From an uncultured Methanomicrobiales archaeon (lineage in GTDB: Archaea > Halobacteriota > Methanomicrobia > Methanomicrobiales > JACTUA01), in the NCBI GenBank assembly GCA_963712215.1, contig CAVQHA010000011.1, positions 5,024-69,023 of the forward strand: DNA of 64,000 bases. The letters run 5' to 3'. The position numbers and the translations under genes were made by a program. This document shows positions 1-11,578 of the stretch, one piece after another. Each line of letters begins with the position of its first letter. Position 1 is the stretch's first letter. A model generated the notes under the pieces. The model did not search any database, was not told where the DNA came from, and saw nothing but the letters and a program-made list of their open reading frames with translations.

Positions 1-39
1 CGGGTCTCGATGAGGTGCATGGGTGGTATCCTGAAAAGG

Positions 40-398
40 CTTACTGGTCTGGCTTTACTTTCCTGCGGCTGCTGAAGATGGTGACGAGCCGTGCGGATCC
101 GAGCACGAGCCCGAATGCAAGCAGGGTCCCGGCAACAATGGCAATGATCCCGCCCCAGGGCCCAAATCTCCCGCCGAGGGAGTAATCCGGCATTGGCGCG
201 GCATAGGAGAACTTTCCGTTGGGATTCTCATGGACCCCGGCGTTCGCGGGCGCGGGATCCGGTCAGTGTCTTCTGGCCCTGGACGATGAGAGCGGTGCTC
301 TCCAGGCCATCAGGGGCAGAGGATGCGAAAAAGACGGCCATCACGCCGATGAGGAGTGCAACGACGATGCCGATGGCGATGAAGGTGCGGGTCCTCAT
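40..398 (-). CDS. PDGLE-domain membrane protein (CbiN/NikN-like partner of CbiM); one apparent frameshift near 265
   Basis: Starts MRTRTFIAIGIVVALLIGVMAVFFASSAPDGLES: a TM anchor plus a literal PDGLE motif. After a frame change it continues as ...APMPDYSLGGRFGPWGGIIAIVAGTLLAFGLVLG... to TAA at 40. Lies 26 nt downstream of cbiM. An ATG-CAC-CTC-ATC start at 22 suggests the next transporter gene runs off the window. Confidence 0.6.
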
Positions 399-424
399 CG
401 GGCCGCTGCCTTTCCATGCAATCA

Positions 425-1076
425 TCAGGAATGCACCCCCTCCGGGGGATGAGCCCCGAGGTTCACGATGTCCGGCCTTGCGGTTATGATCAACCGGATG
501 GCGACGACGGTCACGAAGCCCTCGATCAATACCGATGAGTGCATGATAGAGCCCCATGGCGATGAGCCCCTCGCGGAGGGGGAATGTTCCGGCGAGGGAC
601 ATCTCGACCGCAGCGGCAAGCGCGGGGAGGAGGCATGCAAACCATGCCGCCGAAAAACCCGCGATGTTCATGTTCCCCGTGGCCCGCATCAGCCCCCTGA
701 AGCTGTAGAAGCCGACGAATCCACCGATCACTCCCATGTTGATGATGTTCGCACCCATGGTGGTGATCCCGCCATCGCCGAAGATGACCCCCTGCACAAT
801 GAGGACGAGGGTCAGGATAAAGACGGCTGCGAACGGGGAGCCAAGGATGATGGCTGCGAGAGCCCCGCCGACGAGGTGGCCGCTCGTCCCCATCGAGACA
901 GGGAGGTTGAAGGACTGGAGGGCGAAGATACCCGCCGCGAGGACGGCGACGAGCGGGATCCGGTCCTCGTTCATATCCTTCCTCGCCCAGCGGAGGGAGA
1001 GCCCGATGAAGACGAGGGCGATGGCCCAGTAGACGATCCCCTGGGTGATGGGCATGAAGGAGTCAGGGATATGCAT
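425..1076 (-). CDS. cbiM: Cobalt/nickel ECF transporter substrate-capture subunit CbiM/NikM; frame change near 530
   Basis: MHIPDSFMPITQGIVYWAIAL...MGTSGHLVGGALAAIILGSP...GGITTMGANIINMG is a typical CbiM N-terminus and TM pattern. The C-terminus continues in ORF 425..640 (EGFVTVVAIRLIITARPDIV). An AT-rich TATA-like stretch lies about 35 nt upstream. Confidence 0.85.
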
Positions 1077-1140
1077 TGCGCACCACCCGTTAGTATTACG
1101 TTACTCTATAAAAGTATTACGAAATAGTGCGATTCTGTCA

Positions 1141-2290
1141 TTATGTAAGAAGAGCCCGCAGACCCCCGCGGAGGAGTAAACCGGCAGCCAGGATAACCCG
1201 GGGGTTTCATCCCCAGGCGACGGACGAGCGCGGCGGGCCGGTCCATATCCCCGTGCTCCACGATCTCCCTGACGATATCCTGGTCGCGGAGGGCCGAGAG
1301 GATGGCATCCACCTCTGCGGCTGAGAGGCCTCTCCTCGCGCGGTACAGGGCCATCCCGACGGCAAGCTCCCTCCCGAAGTCCTCCTTCCAGAGATCTTCA
1401 TACCGGGCAAGATCCCTGTCACGGAATGATCCCTTCGCGCAACAGTCTGCCGCTACAGCCGCCGCGTGCCGCGCTGCACGGACGCCGGTATAGATACCGC
1501 CCCCCGATGTCGGTTTCACCATTCCGGCTGCATCCCCGGCGATGAGCGCCCTCGAGCCATAGGTCCGGTCCAGCACCCCGAGCGGGATGACCCCGGAGAC
1601 GAAGTTGAGAACCCTGTCCTCGTGCGGCCGGAGCAGGCTCCGCCAGCCGTTTCCTGAGATCCCCCTCACCGCAGAGCCCGACCCGTGCTCTCCCGTTCCC
1701 GATCGGGATCACCCAGCCGAAGAACTCGGGAGAGGCATGGGGATGGATCTCGACGAACCGTGGGTCTGCCCGGCACGGCACCTCTGCCTGGAGACCTCCC
1801 AGGAAGAATTCTGCCCGGCCGAGACCCAGCATACGTGCAATTGAGTCGATCGGACACCATCGGCAGCGATGAGGATCGAGAAGCCGATCTCCTCCCGGCC
1901 ATGGATCCCCTTTGTGATTGCACGGTCCCCTTTCAGGGAGACAACCGAGGTCTTGAGACGGAACTCGGCTCCTGCTTCCGCCGCTGCCGCAGCCATCTCG
2001 GAGTCGAGGATGCCCCGGTCCACCACGTGTGCTCTCGGGGATCCCGCATCGATCTCGAGGGGCTCCCCGGCAGAGGGGATGAACCGTGCTCCGGATACGG
2101 TGTTCAGGATGGACCGGGTGGAGACCCGGCACTCGTCGAAGGCTGCGATTGAGAGGAGGCCGGCGCACTGGACGGGGTACCCGATGGTGCCGTGCTCCTC
2201 GATGCAGAGGGTCCGGAGGCCGGCCTCGGCGCATGCACGTGCAGCCGCCGAGCCAGCGGGCCCGGCGCCGACCACCACCACATCATACAT
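1141..2290 (-). CDS. Geranylgeranyl reductase family flavoprotein (archaeal lipid saturation type); 2-3 frame changes
   Basis: MYDVVVVGAGPAGSAAARACAEAG is an FAD Rossmann motif. Also present: ...LIAADG, ...FFGWVIPIG and ...ALIAGDAAGMVKPTSGGGIYTG, spread over three ORF-track frames (1709..2290, 1419..2234, 1106..1669). The likely true C-terminus NPRVILAAGLLLRGGLRALLT ends at TAA 1141. Confidence 0.8.
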
Positions 2291-2374
2291 TACTCCTTCA
2301 TTGGTACCGGATGTTCTTATCCATGCCAGTTCAGCCGATCGAGCTGAGAGAGATGCGCGGGCTGTCCTGGATCC

Positions 2375-2493
2375 GTGAGACCGTGGGTCCGGTTCCGGCT
2401 TCGGGGAGGCTGTGAGACCTGTTCCGGTTTCGGAGAGGTTGTGGGGCCTGTTCCGGTTTCGGAGAGGTGTGGGGCCTGTTCGGGAGGCCGGGG
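2375..2493. repeat. Tandem 28-29 nt repeat, about 4 copies
   Basis: GTGAGACC(gtgggtccg)GTTCCGGCTTCGGGGAGGCT / GTGAGACCTGTTCCGGTTTCGGAGAGGTT / GTGGGGCCTGTTCCGGTTTCGGAGAGGT / GTGGGGCCTGTTCGGGAGGCCGGGGG. Sits in the divergent intergenic region between the reductase gene and pth2. Confidence 0.8.
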
Positions 2494-2586
2494 GATATCT
2501 TTATGGAACACCTTATTGACCATTCCTCACTGAATCTAGGGAGGAACCGTCCAGTGGTAACGGGCGGGAGCGAGACGTCTGTGAGC

Positions 2587-2952
2587 ATGATGAAAGAATC
2601 CGGAGATTTCAGGTGGAAGCAGTGTCTGGTGATCCGCGGGGATATCAAGATGAGCTGCGGCAAGATCTCCGCCCAGGTGGCCCATGCCGCGGTCGGGGCT
2701 TTCCAGCGGTGCGACCGGGAGACGCGGGAGAGGTGGCTCTCCGAGGGACAGAAGAAGGTCGTGCTCAAGGTGAAGGACGAGCGGAGCCTCCTTGAGCTGA
2801 AGACCATCGCCGATGCGAGGGGAATCGCCGCGGTACTCATCCAGGACGCGGGCCTTACCGAGATCCCGCCCGGGACCACCACCGCCCTCGGCCTTGGTCC
2901 CGCCCGAACCGAGGAGATGGACCGGATCACCTCGGATCTCCCCCTCCTATGA
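2587..2952 (+). CDS. pth2: Peptidyl-tRNA hydrolase, archaeal type (Pth2)
   Basis: KQCLVIRGDIKMSCGKISAQVAHAAVGAF...KKVVLKV...LIQDAGLTEIPPGTTTALGLGP is the Pth2 core. ATG at 2587 gives about 121 aa. Confidence 0.9.
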   Translation: MMKESGDFRWKQCLVIRGDIKMSCGKISAQVAHAAVGAFQRCDRETRERWLSEGQKKVVLKVKDERSLLELKTIADARGIAAVLIQDAGLTEIPPGTTTALGLGPARTEEMDRITSDLPLL

Positions 2953-4220
2953 GGGAGTCGTCCTATCCCCTCGAGCAGAGCCTCGGTATCTCCTGGTATG
3001 CGACCGCGACCGATGGGATCGGGGGGCGTCTCCGCGGTGAGGCCGAGGATTTCATCGTCGAAGAGGTGCCGGCAGGTCCCTGGAAGGACACGGGGCAGTA
3101 CCTCATCCTCAGGCTGACGAAGCGGAACTGGGAGCAGCAGCGCCTTGTCAAGGAGATGGCCAAAGCCCTCGGTATCAGCCACCGGCGGATCTCGTGGGCC
3201 GGTACAAAGGACCGGAACGCGGTGACGAGCCAGTACATCTCCATCTATGGCCTTGAACCGGAGGCATTGGAGAGGATCACGCTCCCCGATATAAGGCTCG
3301 AGCAGGCCGGGCGATCCGATCATGCCATCGCCCTCGGTGAGCTCAAGGGAAACCAGTTCACCATCCGGATCAGGGACTGCGATCCGTCGGGCCTTGCAGA
3401 ACGGGTCGAAGAAGTTACCCGGGCGGCCGGATCGGGCTTCCCGAACTATGTCGGGATCCAGCGGTTCGGGGTCACGCGGCCCGTCACCCATCTCGTCGGC
3501 GAGAAGATCCTCAGGGGCGATCTTGAAGGGGCGGTCCTCACCTACCTGGGAGTAACCTTTCCCGCCGAATCCCCGGGGATAAAGGAAGTCAGGGAGAGCT
3601 TCCTCGCGGACCGGGACGTGAAAGAGGCGATCAGGCAGTTCCCCGTCCGTCTCACCTTCGAGCGGGCGATGCTCCATCACCTGGACGGGCACCCGGGCGA
3701 TTATCACGGGGCGCTGAAGGCCCTCCCCCCGCGTCTCCTCTCGATGTTCGTCTCGGCGTTCCAGTCCTTCCTCTTCAACACCCTTGTTTCCAGAAGGTGC
3801 GGACAGGGTATCCCGCTGGGCGAACCGGCGCCGGGAGACCGGCTCCTCTTCACTGATGGGAAGGAGGACAGGGTCACCCGCGGGAACCTCGGGGCGGCCT
3901 CCCTCCAGGTGGCGAGGAAGAGGGCGCGGATCGGGCTCTATGTGCCAGGCGCCGGGGCCGAGCCGGCCCCGCATCAGGATGAGGATCCGGGCCGGGCCCT
4001 CCTCAGGGAGATCGGGATCACCCCTGATAACTTTGCTTCTGCGTCGAAGCTGGTCTCGGCGGCCTATGCCGGCATGACCCGCCCCATCGCACTGACCACG
4101 GAGATAACCAGCCGTCTCGAGGGGAACGATGCCATCCTTGCATTCTTCCTCGGGCCGGGCCAGTACGCGACCACGGTCTGCCGCGAGTTTATGAAGGCTG
4201 ACCCGGTGCAGATGATCTGA
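2949..4220 (+). CDS. truD: tRNA pseudouridine synthase TruD (Pus7-like)
   Basis: Intact 423-aa ORF with ...GTKDRNAVTSQ... (catalytic Asp motif) and ...FPNYVGIQRFG.... Its start overlaps the pth2 stop (ATGA). Confidence 0.9.
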   Translation: MRESSYPLEQSLGISWYATATDGIGGRLRGEAEDFIVEEVPAGPWKDTGQYLILRLTKRNWEQQRLVKEMAKALGISHRRISWAGTKDRNAVTSQYISIYGLEPEALERITLPDIRLEQAGRSDHAIALGELKGNQFTIRIRDCDPSGLAERVEEVTRAAGSGFPNYVGIQRFGVTRPVTHLVGEKILRGDLEGAVLTYLGVTFPAESPGIKEVRESFLADRDVKEAIRQFPVRLTFERAMLHHLDGHPGDYHGALKALPPRLLSMFVSAFQSFLFNTLVSRRCGQGIPLGEPAPGDRLLFTDGKEDRVTRGNLGAASLQVARKRARIGLYVPGAGAEPAPHQDEDPGRALLREIGITPDNFASASKLVSAAYAGMTRPIALTTEITSRLEGNDAILAFFLGPGQYATTVCREFMKADPVQMI

Positions 4221-5004
4221 CCGTAGATCCGGCGAGGGACCTCGCACCGTCGATGGCGTCGTTGAGGCTCCCGAGCCGGTCGACGAGCCCGATCTTCACC
4301 GCATCCTCTCCCCTCACCACCCTGCCGTCCTCGATATCGGCCCGCGAGACATTCCTCTGCGCAATGATGTCGTTGATGAAATGGGTGAACGAGGCATTCA
4401 CGAGCGACTGGGCGTAGTCCTGGTCATCGACAGAGAGGGGCCGGTAGGGGGATCCCATGTCCTTGCGGGCCCCCGACTTCACCACGGTTACGTTGTAGCC
4501 CTCGTGGTCGAGCCAGGTGCTGATATCGGTGAAGATCCAGATGGTCCCGACGCCCGCGGTGAGGGTATCGGGGTCCGCGTAGATCCTGCTCCCGTGGGCG
4601 GAGACGTAGTAGGCAGCCGAGGTGGCGATATCCCCCATGGAGATCACGACGGGCTTCCTGGCCTTCGCATACTCCATGTCGGATGCGATCTCCTGCGCAG
4701 CCGCGGGCGAACCCCCGGGGCTGTCCACCCGGAGCACGATCGCTTCGACGAGCGGGTTGTCTGCCGCGTCCCGGATCTCCCCGCCCACGAACTCGCTCCC
4801 CGTTGCATCCGGTGACGAGAAGTCGCCTGTCGAGAGCGTCCCCTCGACGTAGATCACCGCGATCGACTTCTCCTTCGTGTAGGTCAGGAACCAGGTCGCC
4901 ACCACCACGGCGAGGAGGATCACCGCGATGACGGCCAGGATGCGGAGTGCCTTCCTCCACCGCCTCCCCTCGATCCTCCGGATCTCTTCCTCAAGAAACC
5001 CCAT
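4189..5004 (-). CDS. sppA: Signal peptide peptidase SppA (S49 family, 36K type)
   Basis: N-terminal TM (ILAVIAVILLAVVVATWFL), then VLRVDSPGGSPAAAQEI and ISMGDIATSAAYYVS (Ser nucleophile region). Confidence 0.85.
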   Translation of the reverse strand: MGFLEEEIRRIEGRRWRKALRILAVIAVILLAVVVATWFLTYTKEKSIAVIYVEGTLSTGDFSSPDATGSEFVGGEIRDAADNPLVEAIVLRVDSPGGSPAAAQEIASDMEYAKARKPVVISMGDIATSAAYYVSAHGSRIYADPDTLTAGVGTIWIFTDISTWLDHEGYNVTVVKSGARKDMGSPYRPLSVDDQDYAQSLVNASFTHFINDIIAQRNVSRADIEDGRVVRGEDAVKIGLVDRLGSLNDAIDGARSLAGSTVRSSAPGQPS

Positions 5005-5692
5005 GGCCGGCCTCCCCGTAAAGCACGTCGTACTCGGTGACCAGGTTGGAGCCGCACAGGTAGAACCGCTTCAGGGCGAGGCGTACCATCTCAGACTCGG
5101 AGTCGATGTGCATCCCGCCTACGAGTGAAGGTGTATCCGCCCCGCCGACGATGAAAGGGAGGTGGATGAGCCGGATCTCGTCCACGAGCCGGTGGCGGAG
5201 CATGTGCCAGTTGAGGGTCGGCCCGCCCTCGATCATGAGCTTCTTCACCCCATGGTCCCGGTAGAGGATCTCCATGAGGAGGGGGAGGTCCACCCGCTCT
5301 TCGCCGGCAACGATGACGCCGACCCCCTTCTCCCTGATGGCCTCGACCCTGTCGCGGGGAGCGCTCCGTGCAACCGCGATAACCGTCGGGGCATCCTTTT
5401 TGAACACGTTGGCATCGGGGGGGATGTCGGCCATGCTGTTCGGGATGACCCGCAGCGGGCTCTTCCCCGGGACGAGCCGGACCGTGAGGAAGGAGTTGTC
5501 GATCTTGATGGTGTTTGCCCCGACCATGATCGCGTCATAGTCTGCCCGGGTCTCGTGAAGCAGGATCTCGGTCTCAGGGGCCATGTACTTCATAAGGATC
5601 TTGCTGGATGCCCCCTTCTTCAGGGTGAGCTTCCCGTCAGCCGTGATCTCTGACATCATGAGGACGTGGGGTCTCTCTTTCGTCGGTGCCAT
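4991..5692 (-). CDS. 2,5-diamino-6-ribosylamino-4(3H)-pyrimidinone 5'-phosphate reductase (RibD C-terminal-domain family, archaeal riboflavin/F420 precursor pathway)
   Basis: PHVLMMSEITADGKLTL...YDAIMVGANTIKIDN..LTVR...LMIEGGPTLNWHML...DEIRLIHLPFIVGG. This is a DHFR-like reductase fold signature. Confidence 0.8.
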   Translation of the reverse strand: MAPTKERPHVLMMSEITADGKLTLKKGASSKILMKYMAPETEILLHETRADYDAIMVGANTIKIDNSFLTVRLVPGKSPLRVIPNSMADIPPDANVFKKDAPTVIAVARSAPRDRVEAIREKGVGVIVAGEERVDLPLLMEILYRDHGVKKLMIEGGPTLNWHMLRHRLVDEIRLIHLPFIVGGADTPSLVGGMHIDSESEMVRLALKRFYLCGSNLVTEYDVLYGEAGHGVS

Positions 5693-5787
5693 GCTCTTCC
5701 TCGCCTGCTAAGAGATCTTTCCCCGCCATTGTAAGAAGATTTGGGTGGAGAAAAACGTTTAATGGGTTCGCTGCCTTTCTCTTATGG

Positions 5788-6426
5788 ATGAACATAACCG
5801 CGCTCCGGCCGAGGCTCATCTGCCATCTCGAACCGGTCGGGAAGGCCTTCGCCCGCGTGGGGTTCACCCCGAACCAGATCTCCCTCCTCTCCCTCCTCCT
5901 CGGGGTGGCGGCCATGATCCTCTTCGCCGTCCGCTCCTTCCCCCTCGGGAGCCTGGTCCTCTTCGTTTCCGCGGGCCTGGACCTCGTGGACGGTCACGTC
6001 TCACGGATCCAGAACTCCGGGACCCGGTTCGGTGCGGTGTTCGACTGGATCGTGGACAAGTATGTCGATACCCTCGCCATGATCGGGGTCGGGATCTCCG
6101 GTATCCCCATCATCACCCGGATCATCCCGCTGCCCCCCGTCGCCGATCCCGTGGTAGTGATGGTCGCGATCCTCGGCTCCATGATGAACACCTTCATCAA
6201 GCCCGTGACCTACGCCGAGGTTGGCTTCGCCGAGCGGCACCATGGCAAGATCGACGATCCCCTGGAGGGCGTCGGGTTCTTCGGCCGGCCCGAGACCCTC
6301 CTCGTCCTCATCGCCGGCGGCCTCACGGGCCTCATCTGGGTCTCCGTCCTCATCATCGCCGTTGCCACGAACCTCTCGGCGATCGAGAGGATCATCTACC
6401 TCCGGCGGCATCTCGGGAGTTCGTGA
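5788..6426 (+). CDS. CDP-alcohol phosphatidyltransferase family protein (archaeal phospholipid head-group synthase)
   Basis: DLVDGHVSRIQNSGTRFGAVFDWIVDKYVD matches the DGx2ARx8Gx3Dx3D-type motif. Multiple TM helices. ATG at 5788 (MNITALRP). Confidence 0.8.
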   Translation: MNITALRPRLICHLEPVGKAFARVGFTPNQISLLSLLLGVAAMILFAVRSFPLGSLVLFVSAGLDLVDGHVSRIQNSGTRFGAVFDWIVDKYVDTLAMIGVGISGIPIITRIIPLPPVADPVVVMVAILGSMMNTFIKPVTYAEVGFAERHHGKIDDPLEGVGFFGRPETLLVLIAGGLTGLIWVSVLIIAVATNLSAIERIIYLRRHLGSS

Positions 6427-6679
6427 GCCGGCGGGAATCCTCTTCTGTTTTACCGATTCCATCCGGGCTATCCGACCTGTCCCGGCCTATCCGGGAACCG
6501 TTCACTCTGGACGAAGTGTGCGAACAGATCTGGACCTTCAGCCTCGCCCAGTACCGGTAATAATCGGGCTGATAGAGGTCGATCTCGCGGCTCAGGTCCT
6601 CGAAGAGCGAGCACTGGACCTCGCAGCGTTTCAGGTAGATGCAGAAATCGAGGGGCGAGACAGGATGGTTCATCCGCAT
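6392..6679 (-). CDS. Hypothetical small protein (weak call)
   Basis: ORF MRMNHPVSPLDFCIYLKRCEVQCSLFEDLSREIDLYQPDYYRYWARLKV... with no recognisable family. Its 3' end overlaps the neighbouring gene, so its extent is uncertain. Confidence 0.25.
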   Translation of the reverse strand: MRMNHPVSPLDFCIYLKRCEVQCSLFEDLSREIDLYQPDYYRYWARLKVQICSHTSSRVNGSRIGRDRSDSPDGIGKTEEDSRRLTNSRDAAGGR

Positions 6680-6834
6680 CTGATCATCGGGAGTCGATGA
6701 TGATATACTTAACCCGGAAAGCAGGAGGACTATCCGGCCGGTCCGGGATGCCCGGAAACTATAAGGACGCTCCATCCTAACTTACGGGTAGAGGCAGATG
6801 GAGCCCTTCAACACGTTCATCTGGAAGAGGATAT

Positions 6835-7407
6835 TTGTCCAGGTCGGGGGCAGTGATAGCCATCGCTGTGGTCCTCGGTGGTTTCGTCCTTACCTACAAC
6901 GCGACATACAATAATGTCGTGGGCCTCGACCAGCTGGCTGACGGGAGATGGTCCCTGGTTACCCACGATATGGAGGAGAGGTACGGGGGGATCACGGCGC
7001 TCGCAGCCGACATCCGGCCGTCGCTGGGATCTGATGCGTCGGCCCTCGACGAGGTGTCAAAGAACCTGACCCCCTGGATGACCGCATTCAGGAACGGGGA
7101 TATCGGGCAGATCAACCCCGCGACAACGAACCTCGAGGTCTCCCTCACATATCTCGCCGTTGTCCTGAAAGAGCACCCGGAGATCGCGGCGTCCCGGGAG
7201 GTCCAGGACTTCATGGGGACCCTCGGGAGGACCGAAGTGCGGATGTCAGATGACAGGTCGGGTTACAATGAAGCGATCCAGAGATACAACCAGGCGATCA
7301 GCTCCTTCCCGGCGAGCCTGTGGACCTATAACTGGGGCTTCACCCGGAGGGAGTATTTCACGGCCAGGATCGGAAATATCGCGCCCCCGCCGATACCTGG
7401 CGACTGA
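6835..7407 (+). CDS. lemA: LemA family protein
   Basis: N-terminal TM, then ...YNNVVGLDQ... and ...SGYNEAIQRYNQAISSFPASLWTYNWGF, the LemA C-terminal signature. TTG start in the ORF track. Confidence 0.85.
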   Translation: MSRSGAVIAIAVVLGGFVLTYNATYNNVVGLDQLADGRWSLVTHDMEERYGGITALAADIRPSLGSDASALDEVSKNLTPWMTAFRNGDIGQINPATTNLEVSLTYLAVVLKEHPEIAASREVQDFMGTLGRTEVRMSDDRSGYNEAIQRYNQAISSFPASLWTYNWGFTRREYFTARIGNIAPPPIPGD

Positions 7408-7491
7408 GTACCAGGTTCACTTTCCCTGAATCGTTTTCGCTTTTCCGGGAGTGCAACCAGAGACTCTCCATCCTCGCCCGGGTGATTGGCA

Positions 7492-8313
7492 TCATCCGGT
7501 GAGGTTCTTCGTTCTCCCGATCAACCTGGAGAGATCTTCGGAATACACCACATACAGGTCACCCGCCCACACCCCCAGGTCGGGGATGAGGATGAAGAGG
7601 CCATAGGCGATGGCGATGAGCGCGATGAGCGCGCCGCCTTCTGCCATGATGTTGTGCGCCCAGAAGAAGGACTCGTACCCCCATTCCCCGTTGGAGGCGA
7701 TCCCGGGGAGGTAGGGGAACCATTGTTCGGTGTACGCGATGATGACAAAGACGTTCCGGATGAGGTTGAGGATGTAGATGGTTGGCACGACGAGGAGGAA
7801 GGCCGCGACCTTCTGCCGTACCGTCGTCCGGACCGCCCCTGCAACCCCGAGCATGATAGCCATGGACTGGATGCCGGTACAGGCAAGGATGATCTCGATC
7901 CGGAAGCCGTTCCTCCCGATGAGGTTCCAGTCAAGGAGGGCCGCCGGCCGGCTGACCGCATCGACGAGGAAGATCACCTGGCCGGTCACCGCTTCGATGA
8001 GGAAATTCCCGAGAGGTGGCAGGTAGGCGAAGGGCGCGTAGATCAGGAAGGCCACGGCCGATGCCCGCGAGAGGGCGAGGATAGCACGATCCTCCCTGAG
8101 AAGACGGCGGGAGGTGACGTAGAGGAAGGGCAGGGCGAGGATCGCGAGGGTGGGATAGAGGATGTTGTTCTCGGAGAGGTAGTAGGGGATCTCGGCGATG
8201 AGGAAGAGGACCATGGCCGTCCACCCGAGGATCGCCGCGTACTTCCGGCCCCGCCAGGGCAGGAGGAAGGCGAGGAAGGAGATGCCGGAGGCGAGGACCA
8301 GGTACTCGATCAT
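7492..8313 (-). CDS. Archaeosortase (exosortase/archaeosortase family transpeptidase)
   Basis: Polytopic membrane protein with the active-site-like ILACTGIQSM Cys motif, later Arg/His positions and a WAHN segment. ATG at 8313 (MIEYLVLASG). Subtype (ArtA-like versus other) not resolved. Confidence 0.8.
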   Translation of the reverse strand: MIEYLVLASGISFLAFLLPWRGRKYAAILGWTAMVLFLIAEIPYYLSENNILYPTLAILALPFLYVTSRRLLREDRAILALSRASAVAFLIYAPFAYLPPLGNFLIEAVTGQVIFLVDAVSRPAALLDWNLIGRNGFRIEIILACTGIQSMAIMLGVAGAVRTTVRQKVAAFLLVVPTIYILNLIRNVFVIIAYTEQWFPYLPGIASNGEWGYESFFWAHNIMAEGGALIALIAIAYGLFILIPDLGVWAGDLYVVYSEDLSRLIGRTKNLTG

Positions 8314-8526
8314 TCCTGCTATATTGGTCGCCGCAGGAAAAAAAGGGTTCCCACCGGGGCTTCGCCCCGTTGGCTCTCCCTCGGACTGATGTCCTTCGCG
8401 TTCTTCCCCGGGCTGATGCCCTCCGGTCCCCTCGCCCGGGAAATCCCGGGGCACCGGGATGATCGCGAGGGGGCTACGTCCACCCATCCCAAGGGTTAAT
8501 TCCCCGGGAGACATAGACTAGAGCGG

Positions 8527-8854
8527 ATGTTCTGCCCCAAGTGCCGGAGCCTGTTGATCTCGTCTGGAGGCCAGCTCAAGTGCAGGAAGTGTGGCTTCCT
8601 CCGGGACTTTACCGCCGATGATTCCATGCAACGGACGAAGGCCCGGGGCGAGAGGGTCATCACCATCATCGAGGATGAGACGGGTATCGCCACCCTTCCG
8701 ACCATCAAGATCACCTGTTCGAAGTGCGGGCATAACATGGCCTTCTGGTGGCTGCGCCAGCTCAGGGCCGCCGACGAGTCCGAGGTCCGGTTCTTCCGGT
8801 GCTGCGAGTGCGGGAACACGTGGCGCCAGGTACCGATTGAACGTGGCGTGGTAG
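8527..8854 (+). CDS. tfs: Transcription factor S (TFS, RNAP cleavage factor); probable 1-nt insertion at 8830
   Basis: CPKC...CRKC N-terminal Zn ribbon, C-terminal ribbon CSKCGH...RAADE (acidic loop)...FFRCCECGNTWRQ. The natural ending ...QY.. is reached in the frame ending TAG 8852-8854. The read-through ORF to 8946 overlaps the next gene. Confidence 0.85.
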
Positions 8855-8867
8855 AGCCCACCTTCCC

Positions 8868-9563
8868 ATGCCCTCCAACTTCTGCCCGAACTGCGGAGCG
8901 AAACTGCAATACCCCGAAGCCGAGATCTGCCCGAGCTGCGGGGTGAGGATCAGGGCGCCCCCCGCCCCTCCCGGCGATCTCTACCCGGGATTCTGGCCCC
9001 GGGCATTTGCCTATATCATCGATACGATCATCACCGGGATCCCGAGCGCGGTCATCATTTTTTTCCTCATCGCAGGTCCGATCTCGGATGCCATGGGCTC
9101 GTTCTCCGGTTCCATGGATTCAATGGGAGATCTGTTTGGCACAAATGGAATCGAAATGCCATCGGGATTCAATCCGGGGACCATGCCTGATCTAGGTACC
9201 CTGAACCAATCGTCACTTGCTTTTCCAGATCTGGGTTCCGTCCTGGCCTCCCTCATGCTTGGTTTTCTGGAGGCGGTCCTCGTCGTCCTGATCATCCGGT
9301 GGGTCTATTTCGCGTACATGGAGAGCTCGGCGAGGCAGGCGACCTTCGGGAAGGAGGCGCTCGGTCTCATGGTGATTGACGGTGAAGGTCACCGGATCTC
9401 CTTTGCGAGAGCCACCGGCCGGTGGTTCGGGAAGTTGATCTCTTGGGCCACCTTTGGGATCGGCTTCTATCTCATCGGGTTCACCGGGAAGAAGCAGGGA
9501 TTGCATGACCTTATCGCCGATACATACGTCGTGTACAAGAACCGTTTCCAGGAACCTCACTGA
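8868..9563 (+). CDS. Zinc-ribbon plus RDD-family membrane protein
   Basis: FCPNCGAKL..CPSCG ribbon, then an RDD-domain pattern (FWPRAFAYIIDTII... RQATFGKEALGL.V.D... GLHDLIADTYVV). Confidence 0.8.
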   Translation: MPSNFCPNCGAKLQYPEAEICPSCGVRIRAPPAPPGDLYPGFWPRAFAYIIDTIITGIPSAVIIFFLIAGPISDAMGSFSGSMDSMGDLFGTNGIEMPSGFNPGTMPDLGTLNQSSLAFPDLGSVLASLMLGFLEAVLVVLIIRWVYFAYMESSARQATFGKEALGLMVIDGEGHRISFARATGRWFGKLISWATFGIGFYLIGFTGKKQGLHDLIADTYVVYKNRFQEPH

Positions 9564-9681
9564 TATCCTCCACCCATCCGCTCCGCCGCGCTCCTTCTGC
9601 CTGTCTCCTGTCACCGGTTCAAAAATCAGAACCTTAATATGGGTAATCCTCATGTTTAATAATGTTAAATAGGGGATTCGG

Positions 9682-11578
<1,897 letters not shown>

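Noticed and set aside
2331-4247. 638-aa ORF on the minus strand, the longest ORF in that region
   Set aside because: It is exactly antisense to pth2 and truD, which have clear family motifs. Its sequence is Arg/Pro/Gly-rich low-complexity, typical of antisense frames in high-GC DNA.
7486-8499. 337-aa Asp/Glu/Gly-rich ORF on the plus strand
   Set aside because: Antisense to the polytopic archaeosortase gene. The acidic composition mirrors the Phe/Leu/Ile codons of the TM helices opposite.
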